Positions 8,725 to 16,097 of a stretch of 64,000 nt of DNA are shown piece after piece; position 1 is the first letter of the stretch; each line of letters opens with the position of its first letter. Source of the DNA: Rhodospirillales bacterium (GTDB taxonomy: Bacteria > Pseudomonadota > Alphaproteobacteria > Rhodospirillales > JANQFP01); assembly GCA_028277795.1 (NCBI GenBank), contig JANQFP010000208.1, positions 3,751 through 67,750 on the forward strand, given 5' to 3'. A program made the position numbers and the translations under genes. The notes beneath the pieces were generated by a model that worked only from the letters and a program-made list of their open reading frames with translations, was not told the DNA's origin and made no database searches.

Positions 8725-9732
8725 ATGACAAATTCCTTGGCGCGCCTCGTTCTCTCCGCCCTCGCCGTGGCCTCGCTGGCAGCCGGCGCGTGGGCCGGCA
8801 ACCCGTGGCAGAGCCAGTCCGACTACTACGGCGGGGCGCAGCAGCAGGCTCCGTCGTGGTCGACGCCGGCGCCCTACACGGCCGATACCCTGCTTCAGCG
8901 GGCCCGCCCCTCGGTCCCGTCGGCGCCCGGGGTGCAGCCCTACGGAGCGCCGGGCGCGCCGCACCAGGCGCCGACAACCGGGTACTACCCGGCGCCGCAG
9001 CAGCAGTACCCGGGTACCGCGCCGCAGTATCCGGCGCCGGGCTACGGGGCCGCACCGTCGGACCAGCCGGTCTATGGCGGGCAACCTGGCGGCTATGGCC
9101 CGGGGGACTACGGAGGCGGCATCCCGCCGACCCAATTCCCCTCGGCGGCCAGCCCTTATGCGCCGGGAGGGCAGGTCTACGCACCGCCCCTGTCCGAATA
9201 CCCGCCGCTCGACGATTCCGTGCCGCCGCGCGCCGGACCGCCGCCGGGGACCTACGCGCCGCCAGCCGGCTACGCGCCGCAGCAAACGGCCCCGACGTAC
9301 GCGGCTCCGCCGGCCGGCTATGCGACCCAGCAGCCGGCACCAAGCTACGCAGCGCCGCCGGCCGGCTACGCGACACAGCCGACGACCACCTACGCGCCGG
9401 CGGGGACGCAGGCCGCGCCGGTGATCACATACCCTCAGGCAACCGTGGTGGCGCCGCAAGTCGGCTATCCGGCCTACGGAGTGCCGGGGCTGGGATACGG
9501 CGGCCTCGGCCATCCGGGTCTGGGCTACGGTCTCGGGTACGGCGGCCTGGGCTACGGTCTGGGCTATCCGGGGCTGGGATACGGCGGCCTCGGCCATCCG
9601 GGCCTGGGCTACGGTCTCGGGTACGGAGGCCTTGGCCACGGTCTCGGGTATGGAGGTCTGGGTTACGGGGGTCTGGGTTACGGGGGGCTCGGTTATCCGT
9701 GGTTGGGCGGATTTCCGGGGCTCACATGGTGA
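8725..9732 (+). CDS. Exported Pro/Tyr/Gln-rich protein with a C-terminal GLGYG repeat array
   Basis: The signal peptide is MTNSLARLVLSALAVASLAAGAWA. It is followed by YAPP/YPAP repeats and then (P)GLGYGGLGH / GLGYG repeats, ending in GFPGLTW. The ATG at 8725 is preferred over the TTG at 8701. Confidence 0.6.
   Translation: MTNSLARLVLSALAVASLAAGAWAGNPWQSQSDYYGGAQQQAPSWSTPAPYTADTLLQRARPSVPSAPGVQPYGAPGAPHQAPTTGYYPAPQQQYPGTAPQYPAPGYGAAPSDQPVYGGQPGGYGPGDYGGGIPPTQFPSAASPYAPGGQVYAPPLSEYPPLDDSVPPRAGPPPGTYAPPAGYAPQQTAPTYAAPPAGYATQQPAPSYAAPPAGYATQPTTTYAPAGTQAAPVITYPQATVVAPQVGYPAYGVPGLGYGGLGHPGLGYGLGYGGLGYGLGYPGLGYGGLGHPGLGYGLGYGGLGHGLGYGGLGYGGLGYGGLGYPWLGGFPGLTW
9484..9651 (+). repeat. Two tandem 84-nt units (~92% identical) encoding 28-aa PGLGYGGLGHPGLGYGLGYGGLG(Y/H)GLGY
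   Basis: I aligned the two units by eye (9484-9567 against 9568-9651) and found 6-7 mismatches in 84 nt, in frame. Confidence 0.85.
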
Positions 9733-9840
9733 TGGCCCGTGGCGGGTATCGTGTCGCCACGGGGCAGGACGGATACCGGGGGCGTTCCCTCCTTCCGGCG
9801 TCCGAAGTGGGAGAGGGAGCAAACATTGAGGAGTAAATCC

Positions 9841-10194
9841 ATGAGGAAAACTCTCAAGGCACTCGCCGTGGCGGGTCTGTTCGGCGCCGCCAGCGCCCTG
9901 CCGATCGGCGACGCCAATGCGTTCATGTTCAGCAGCGGCCCCGGCGGCGACGGATTCAACTTCAGCATGGGCTCCGGCGGCTACGGCTGGGGCCGTGGCC
10001 ACGGCTGGGGCGGCCCGTGGGGCGGCTACGGCGGCCCGTGGGGCGGCGGCTACGGCTGGGGCGGCCCGTGGGGCGGCTACGGCTATGGCGGCCCGTGGGG
10101 CGGCGGCTACGGCTACGGCGGCCCGTGGGGCGGCTACGGCTATGGCGGCCCGTGGGGCGGCTATGGCGGCGGCCCCTGGGGTGGTTGGTGGTAA
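9841..10194 (+). CDS. Small exported Gly/Trp/Tyr-repeat protein (GGPWGGYG repeats), paralog 1
   Basis: The ATG at 9841 follows a GAGGAG Shine-Dalgarno sequence. The signal peptide is MRKTLKALAVAGLFGAASALPIGDANA. The mature ~90 aa are almost entirely G/W/Y/P with about 9 GGPWGG(G)YG units, ending GGPWGGWW. Confidence 0.75.
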   Translation: MRKTLKALAVAGLFGAASALPIGDANAFMFSSGPGGDGFNFSMGSGGYGWGRGHGWGGPWGGYGGPWGGGYGWGGPWGGYGYGGPWGGGYGYGGPWGGYGYGGPWGGYGGGPWGGWW

Positions 10195-10213
10195 ACACCG
10201 GCTCTGGCTGGTC

Positions 10214-10236
10214 GGACGGCCCTTATTCGGCCGTCC
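10214..10236 (+). terminator. Hairpin GGACGGCC-cttattc-GGCCGTCC downstream of paralog 1
   Basis: It has a perfect 8-bp GC stem and lies 20 nt after the stop codon. There is no U-tract, so the terminator call is tentative. Confidence 0.4.
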
Positions 10237-10394
10237 GGCTGGCCGCCACCACACACACTTGAAAGGGTCCTGCCGAGGTTAGGTCGCGTGATGCGGCGGG
10301 GCCCGCGGTCCCACAGGGGAGGACGGATGCCGGGGGTTTTCCCTCCTTCCGGCATTCGAGGTGGGAGAGGGAACAGAGTTCGAGGAGTAGAGCC

Positions 10395-10727
10395 ATGAGG
10401 AAAACTCTGAAGGCACTCGCCGTGGCGGGTCTGCTCGGTGCCGCAAGCGCCGTGCCGATCGGCGACGCCAAAGCGTTCATGTTTGGCGGCGACGGCATGC
10501 ACTTCAGCATGGGCGACGGCTATGGGTATGGCCGTGGCTACGGCTGGGGTGGCCCTTGGGGTGGCTGGGGCGGCCCTTGGGGCGGTTACGGTCCCTATGG
10601 CTGGGGCGGTCCGTGGGGCGGCTACGGCCGGGGCGGCCCGTGGGGCTATGGCGGCCCGTGGGGCGGCTATGGCTGGGGCGGCCCTTGGGGCGGCTACGGT
10701 GGCGGTCCCTGGGGTGGTTGGTGGTAG
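10395..10727 (+). CDS. Small exported Gly/Trp/Tyr-repeat protein (GGPWGGYG repeats), paralog 2
   Basis: Its signal peptide is nearly identical to paralog 1 (MRKTLKALAVAGLLGAASAVPIGDAKA). It has the same repeat type, the same GGPWGGWW C-terminus and the same 74-nt leader. Confidence 0.75.
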   Translation: MRKTLKALAVAGLLGAASAVPIGDAKAFMFGGDGMHFSMGDGYGYGRGYGWGGPWGGWGGPWGGYGPYGWGGPWGGYGRGGPWGYGGPWGGYGWGGPWGGYGGGPWGGWW

Positions 10728-10742
10728 GCACCGACCGCGGCT

Positions 10743-10770
10743 GGACGGGCGGCCCGTTCGCGAACCGTCC
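10743..10770 (+). terminator. Hairpin GGACGG...CCGTCC downstream of paralog 2
   Basis: It occupies the same position as the hairpin after paralog 1, with a 6-bp outer stem. There is no U-tract. Confidence 0.3.
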
Positions 10771-10904
10771 GGCCACCACCCCGCATGCTCGGCAGGCTCC
10801 CGCCGCCGGCACGATCGCGTGACGCGGCGGGTCGGGTGACGCCGCACCGGTTGCGGTGCGGTGTCATCCCCCTGCCCGGCAATAGAACAAAGGGAGTGAA
10901 GTCC

Positions 10905-11783
10905 ATGCGGAAATACCTGTGGTTTCCCGCCGCAGTCTTCTTTCTCGCCGGCGCCGCCGGTGCCCAGGCGGGAAGCCCGTCGTTCACCGCGGACACCGTG
11001 CAGCGCCATCCCCAAGCCGGTGTGCAGCAGGGGCGCATCTTCGTCTCCGAGCTCGGGACGCGCATGGAGGGCAAGGACCAGCAGGGCCGCCAGGTGATCC
11101 AGATCACCCTGCCCAAGGAAGGCATCATGCGGGTGCTGTTCCCCGAAGAGGGGACCTACATGGAGGTCCAGGGGCCCAAGGCTCCGGCCCAGCCGATGCC
11201 CAAGCCGGACAACCCGTGCGCCATGGCGCCGCCGGAGAGCAAGTGCGAGCGGGTCGGCACCGAGACCCTGGGTGCGGTGGCGACCGAGCAGTATCGTTTG
11301 ACCATCAAGGACGCCAAGGGGCCGGTGACCGTCTGGTGGGATCCCCAGCGCAAGCTTCCCCTGCGCCAGGAGAACCCCGACGGCAGTTCCGTACAGCAGA
11401 CGCTTCGCGGCGAGACCCAGTACGAAGGCCGCCGGGTCGAGCACTGGGTGACGACCATGGTCACGCCGCAGGGACAGACCCATACCGTTCAGAGATGGGA
11501 CGACCTGGAACTCAAGATTCCCGTGTACCAGCAGTTGGGTGAAGGCACGACCAGCGAGTTGCACAACATCCGGCTGGTCAGTCCCGACCCGGCGTGGTAC
11601 CAGGTACCGCAGGGCTATCGGCGGGTGGAGCCCCAACAGCAGCAGCAACAGCAGCAGCCGCAGCAACAGCAGCGGCAGTGGGGCGCCCAGCCGCCCCCGC
11701 AACAGCCCAGGCAGCAGTGGCGCGGTCAGCCGCAGCAGCCGCAGCAGCAATGGGGGGGCCAGCGACCTGCCTGGCAGCGGTGA
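10905..11783 (+). CDS. Periplasmic LolA-like / DUF4412-like protein with a C-terminal polyglutamine tail
   Basis: The signal peptide is MRKYLWFPAAVFFLAGAAGAQA. A beta-rich body follows (RIFVSELGTRMEGKD..VIQITLPKEGIMRVLFPEEGTYMEV). The last ~50 aa read QQQQQQQQPQQQQRQWGAQPPPQQPRQQWRGQPQQPQQQW. The ATG at 10905 is preferred over the track start at 10785. Confidence 0.6.
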   Translation: MRKYLWFPAAVFFLAGAAGAQAGSPSFTADTVQRHPQAGVQQGRIFVSELGTRMEGKDQQGRQVIQITLPKEGIMRVLFPEEGTYMEVQGPKAPAQPMPKPDNPCAMAPPESKCERVGTETLGAVATEQYRLTIKDAKGPVTVWWDPQRKLPLRQENPDGSSVQQTLRGETQYEGRRVEHWVTTMVTPQGQTHTVQRWDDLELKIPVYQQLGEGTTSELHNIRLVSPDPAWYQVPQGYRRVEPQQQQQQQQPQQQQRQWGAQPPPQQPRQQWRGQPQQPQQQWGGQRPAWQR

Positions 11784-12421
11784 TGATCACGGTCGTCGGC
11801 AATCTCAAGGGCGGGACGGGGAAGAGCACCGTCGCCTTCAACCTGGCCATCTGGCTGCTCGCCCGGGGGCGCAAGGTCGAGTTGTGCGACCTCGACCCCC
11901 AGGCGACGCTGCACGATGCCGCCGAGGTCCGCATGGAGGAGGGGTACGACCCGGGATTGAGCGTTCTCGACCGCATCCCCCAGAAGCCGCAAAGCGAGAT
12001 CCTGGTGGACGTGGGCCTGTCCGACCAGGACGCCATGCAAAAAGCCATCGCGCGCGCCGGCCAGATCCTGATCCCGGTGGCGCCGAGCCAGGCCGACGTA
12101 TGGTCCACCCAACGTTTTCTCGAGATTGTCGACGAGGTGGCGCCGAAACGGAAGCGGCCGCGCCTGGTCGCCTTCATCAACCGTGCCGATACCCATCCCG
12201 CGGCCCGCGAGAACGAGGAGGCGTCGACCGCCCTTCGTCTGCTGGACGGCCTGACCGTGCTCAGGCCGCGCCTGGCCCAGCGGATGGCCTTCCGCCGTTC
12301 GTTCAGTGAGGGCCTCGGCGTGTTTGAAATGGAACCTCGCGGCAAAGCCGCAAAGGAACTCGAGGCGCTGGCCATCGCCCTGTTCGGTCGCGGCCGTGGC
12401 AAGCAAAAAGACGAGGAATAA
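11783..12421 (+). CDS. ParA/MinD-family P-loop ATPase (deviant Walker A)
   Basis: The N-terminus MITVVGNLKGGTGKSTVAFNLA contains the deviant Walker A KGGxGKS/T. DLDPQ and a Walker B-like ILVDVG are also present. The start ATG overlaps the upstream stop (TGATGA). The part of the track ORF upstream of 11783 is an out-of-frame-gene artefact. Confidence 0.85.
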   Translation: MITVVGNLKGGTGKSTVAFNLAIWLLARGRKVELCDLDPQATLHDAAEVRMEEGYDPGLSVLDRIPQKPQSEILVDVGLSDQDAMQKAIARAGQILIPVAPSQADVWSTQRFLEIVDEVAPKRKRPRLVAFINRADTHPAARENEEASTALRLLDGLTVLRPRLAQRMAFRRSFSEGLGVFEMEPRGKAAKELEALAIALFGRGRGKQKDEE

Positions 12422-12438
12422 TTAGGAGAACACAAGAA

Positions 12439-13341
12439 ATGGCTACCATTCGTTGGCTGTTTACGAACCTGTTGATCGTCCTGGTGGTCGTGACCGGCAT
12501 CCTCGGTGCCGCCTATTGGCGGGAGATCCGCCAATACCTGGTCGTCGTGGCCGACGAGTGGGGCATCGAGGCCACGGCCTTGCGCACCACCGGCCACGCA
12601 ACGCCCCGTCCGGCCGCGCCGCCGCCGATGACGGCCGCGCCAGCCCCGGCCGCGCCGCCGGCGGCGGCGCCACAACCCGCCGCGGCGCCGCAACCGCCGG
12701 CCCCAGCCCCGGCCGCGCCGCCGAGCGCGGCAGCGCCGCCGCCCGCAGCGGCTCCGGCGCCGAGCCCTCCGGCCCCGCCGGCGGCCGCGCCGCAGCCGCC
12801 CGCCGCAGCGGCGCCGAGCCCCTTGATGCCACCTGCGGCACCCAGGCCGGGTGGTTACACACCGCCGCAGGGCACCTATGCCCCGCCGGCCCCCGCCTAC
12901 CGGCCGGCGAGGCCGGCCGCCCCGCCGGCGGCGGCTCCGGCCCCCGCTGCCCCGCCGCAGGTGACGACCGCGCCGCCACCGTCGGCGCCGGCCCCGGCGG
13001 CCCAGGACACCGCCGACCTGCGCCAAGGCTGGATCGAGGCGCGACGCGCCTACTGGACACGGGATCTGGAGACGGCCGAAGAACGCTACCGGGCGTTGAT
13101 CGCCCGCCACCCGGACCAGGTGGACCTCCTGGGCGAGCTGGGCAACGTGTACTTCGCCCAGGGTAAGATCAAGGAAGCGGCTTCGCAGTATTTCGAGACC
13201 GGGCTGCGGATGCTCGACGGGCCCAATCCGGCCCGCGCCGGCACCGTCCTCAGCCTGCTCGAGCGGCTCGATCCGGACAAGGCCAGTGAACTGCGCCAGC
13301 GCATGTTCGAGGCCATGCAGGGCCGCGGTCCGGCCCGCTGA
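12439..13341 (+). CDS. Membrane-anchored Pro/Ala-rich protein with a C-terminal TPR-like domain
   Basis: The N-terminal TM segment is WLFTNLLIVLVVVTGILGAAYW. A ~150-aa PAAPP low-complexity linker follows. The C-terminus is TPR-like (AEERYRALIARHPDQVDLLGELGNVYFAQGKIKEAASQYFETG). Confidence 0.65.
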   Translation: MATIRWLFTNLLIVLVVVTGILGAAYWREIRQYLVVVADEWGIEATALRTTGHATPRPAAPPPMTAAPAPAAPPAAAPQPAAAPQPPAPAPAAPPSAAAPPPAAAPAPSPPAPPAAAPQPPAAAAPSPLMPPAAPRPGGYTPPQGTYAPPAPAYRPARPAAPPAAAPAPAAPPQVTTAPPPSAPAPAAQDTADLRQGWIEARRAYWTRDLETAEERYRALIARHPDQVDLLGELGNVYFAQGKIKEAASQYFETGLRMLDGPNPARAGTVLSLLERLDPDKASELRQRMFEAMQGRGPAR

Positions 13342-13388
13342 CCGCGGCCGGGACGCGACAAGGAACGCCGGCAGGGAGGCACCATGTC

Positions 13389-13985
13389 ATGAACCTCATC
13401 CGCAACATCCTGGCGATCATCGGGGCTCTGGTCATCGTCGGCGCGGCCGTCGCCTATCCGACCGTCTCCCGCTTCCTCGAGTTCGACGAGGGGGCGATGG
13501 ACACCTACGCCGAGATGATGACCAAGCTCCTGGAGACCGGCAATCCGGCGGAAGCCACCGTCTGGAAGATGAAGGTCGCCGACGGCATCACCTTCGAAGA
13601 GCTGGAAGAAACCATGCGCTTCGTCGCCAACGAGCACAACTTCATGAACGTGGGCGAGTTGCCGTTCTACCGGCAGATCGAGGCGATCTACGAGCAGACC
13701 CCGGGATTCGAGGGCAGGAAACGGCGGATCACCAAGTTCTACCTGTTCTGCGATGCGCTGGTGGGCGCCGACATGCTGGACTACAGCGACGCCTACTCGG
13801 CCTATATGCCGTGTCGAATCAGCGTCGTAGAAGATAAGGACGGAAACCTGTGGCTCTATTCCATGAACATGGACATGATGATCCACGGAGGCGACCCTTT
13901 GCCGCCTAAGCTCAAAGAGGACGCCATTCGGGTCAAGAAGGTCATGCTCGACATTATGAACCGTGCGGCGTCGGGCGACTTCTGA
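13389..13985 (+). CDS. DUF302-domain protein with an N-terminal membrane anchor
   Basis: A TM or signal-anchor segment (ILAIIGALVIVGAAVAY) is followed by a DUF302-like core containing YMPCRISVVEDKDGNLWLYSMN. Confidence 0.65.
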   Translation: MNLIRNILAIIGALVIVGAAVAYPTVSRFLEFDEGAMDTYAEMMTKLLETGNPAEATVWKMKVADGITFEELEETMRFVANEHNFMNVGELPFYRQIEAIYEQTPGFEGRKRRITKFYLFCDALVGADMLDYSDAYSAYMPCRISVVEDKDGNLWLYSMNMDMMIHGGDPLPPKLKEDAIRVKKVMLDIMNRAASGDF

Positions 13986-14058
13986 CCCATCGTGTTGGGG
14001 GGAGGGAGATGACTGACGACATCGGAAGCACGACGGACTGCGGCAGGGAGACCAGGCC

Positions 14059-15597
14059 ATGTTGACCGGCCCCGGTAAGACCCTGGCTGCCCGATTGGCC
14101 AGCCTGGAGGCCCAACTGAAGGCTGAGCATCCTGACCTCCTGGAGGCGGTGCCCACCTACAAGCGCATGGATCGGCTGCTCTATGGCATGGGCTTGATGA
14201 GCACCGACGAATCCCTGGCCACGCGCATTCCCTGGTGGCCGCTGATCGCGGTGCTCGGCACCTTCTCGTCGGGCAAGTCCACCTTCATCAACCACTACCT
14301 GGGCCTCAAGCTCCAGGCCACGGGCAACCAGGCGGTGGACGACAAGTTCACGGTGATCTGCTACGGCCCCGACGACGAGCACCGGGTGCTGCCGGGCACC
14401 GCCCTGGACGCGGACCCCCGCTTCCCGTTCTATGGAATGAGCGCCGAGATCGACAAGGTGGCGGCCGGCGAGGGCAAGCGCATCGACGCCTACCTGCAGC
14501 TCAAGACCGCCTGCAGCGAGGCGCTGAGAGGCAAGATCCTTATCGATTCCCCGGGATTCGACGCCGACGACCAGCGCCGCTCGACCCTGCGCCTGACCGA
14601 TCACATCATCGACCTCTCCGACCTGGTCCTGGTGTTCTTCGATGCCCGCCATCCCGAGCCGGGGGCCATGCAGGACACCCTGGAGCATCTGGTCGCCGCC
14701 AACCTGAAGCGCCCGGATGCCAGCAAGTTCCTGTTCATCCTCAATCAGCTGGACACCACGGCGCAGGAGGACAACCCCGAGGACGTGGTGGCCGCGTGGC
14801 AGCGGGCGGTTGCCCAGGCCGGCCTGATGACGGGCCGCTTCTTCTGCATCTACAACGAGCAGGCCGCCGTCCCCATCCCCGACGAGGCCTTGCGCCGGCG
14901 CTTCGAGGGCAAGCGCGACGTGGACATGGACGAGATCTACCGGCGCATCCGGGACGTCGAGGTACAGCGCGCCTACCGCATCGTCAACGTCCTGGAGGCA
15001 GTGGGGGACGACCTGGAGAAGGACGTGGTTCCGGTCCTCAACGAAGTCCTGTCACGGTGGCGCAAGAGGGTGCTGATGGTCGACGGCATCGCCTTCGTGG
15101 TGGCGGCGTTGGTGACCGTCGGCGTGGGCTTCGCCGTCGGCGGGGAGGCGGTGGGCACGGCGTGGCAGTGGCTGCTGGACGTGCATCCGCTTGGCCTGGC
15201 GGTGGCCCTGGCCCTGGTGTTCACGGCCATGGCCGGCGTCCATTTCGCGGTGCGCAACGTGCTGGCCCGCATGATGGCGCGGGATTTGCCCGAGTCCTAT
15301 GGCCCGGTGGAGCTGAACCTGCGTGAGGCCTTCATCAAGAACACCCGGTACTTCCGGGCCCTGTACCGTCAACATCCCGTCGGTTGGGGCCGCCGCACCA
15401 TGCGGCGGCTGCGTGAGATCGTCGACGCGGCCGACCGGCACGTGCAGCGATTGAACGACATGTATACCGACCCCTCGGGCCACCGGGCAAAGGCCGAAAC
15501 CGAAGCGCCCGCGACGTCGGCGCCCCCGGAGGAGGAGCCGGCGGCCACCAAGAGCGGTCCGTTCTTAACCAAGGCGGCGGGCGGCAAGAGCGGCTGA
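14059..15597 (+). CDS. Dynamin-family (bacterial dynamin-like) GTPase with a C-terminal hydrophobic paddle
   Basis: G1 is GTFSSGKST, G3 is DSPGFD and G4 is NQLD. A hydrophobic hairpin is present (IAFVVAALVTVGVGFAV ... LAVALALVFTAMAGVHFAV). Confidence 0.8.
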   Translation: MLTGPGKTLAARLASLEAQLKAEHPDLLEAVPTYKRMDRLLYGMGLMSTDESLATRIPWWPLIAVLGTFSSGKSTFINHYLGLKLQATGNQAVDDKFTVICYGPDDEHRVLPGTALDADPRFPFYGMSAEIDKVAAGEGKRIDAYLQLKTACSEALRGKILIDSPGFDADDQRRSTLRLTDHIIDLSDLVLVFFDARHPEPGAMQDTLEHLVAANLKRPDASKFLFILNQLDTTAQEDNPEDVVAAWQRAVAQAGLMTGRFFCIYNEQAAVPIPDEALRRRFEGKRDVDMDEIYRRIRDVEVQRAYRIVNVLEAVGDDLEKDVVPVLNEVLSRWRKRVLMVDGIAFVVAALVTVGVGFAVGGEAVGTAWQWLLDVHPLGLAVALALVFTAMAGVHFAVRNVLARMMARDLPESYGPVELNLREAFIKNTRYFRALYRQHPVGWGRRTMRRLREIVDAADRHVQRLNDMYTDPSGHRAKAETEAPATSAPPEEEPAATKSGPFLTKAAGGKSG

Positions 15598-15623
15598 CCG
15601 CCGTCGAGTCCGGCCCGCCGGGG

Positions 15624-16064
15624 TCAGTCCGACCGTTCCTCGCGGACCACCAGGACCGACACCTTGGAATGGCGGACCACGTGGCCGGCGTTGGGGCCGA
15701 GCAGGTAGTCGCTCATCTCCGGCCGGTGCGAGCCCATGACGATGAGGTCGGCGCCGATGCGCTCGGCGACGTCGACGATCACCGCGTAGGGGGTGCCCCA
15801 CTCGAGGATGCGGTGCGCGTTCACGTCCTTGGGCACCCGCTCCTCCATGAAGGCATCCAGGTCGCGGTCCAGGGTCTCGGTGAGCCGGGTCAGAGTGTCT
15901 TCCTGCAGGTACATGCCGACCAGACTCATGGGCAGGTTGGGCACCACCGTCAGCACGTGCAGGGTCGAGCCGAAGGCCCGGCACAGCTCCAGCGCCGTGG
16001 GCAGCGCCTTGCGCCAGGACGCCTCGTCGTGCAGGTCGACGCTCAGCAGGATGGTCTTGTACAT
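15624..16064 (-). CDS. Universal stress protein (UspA family)
   Basis: The 146-aa sequence runs MYKTILLSVDL ... ADLIVMGSHRPEMSDYLLGPNAGHVVRHSKVSVLVVR, which is the typical Usp ATP-binding motif region. Confidence 0.85.
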   Translation of the reverse strand: MYKTILLSVDLHDEASWRKALPTALELCRAFGSTLHVLTVVPNLPMSLVGMYLQEDTLTRLTETLDRDLDAFMEERVPKDVNAHRILEWGTPYAVIVDVAERIGADLIVMGSHRPEMSDYLLGPNAGHVVRHSKVSVLVVREERSD

Positions 16065-16097
16065 GCGGGGTCCTCCTCGGGCCGGGGCCGGGAGCGG

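Noticed and set aside
10005-10724. Short periodic GC-rich repeats (GGCGGCCCGTGGGGCGGCTACGGC and similar) that could be mistaken for a CRISPR-like or VNTR array.
   Set aside because: The repeats are in frame within two signal-peptide ORFs and encode GGPWGGYG units. There are no unique spacers of constant length and no cas genes.
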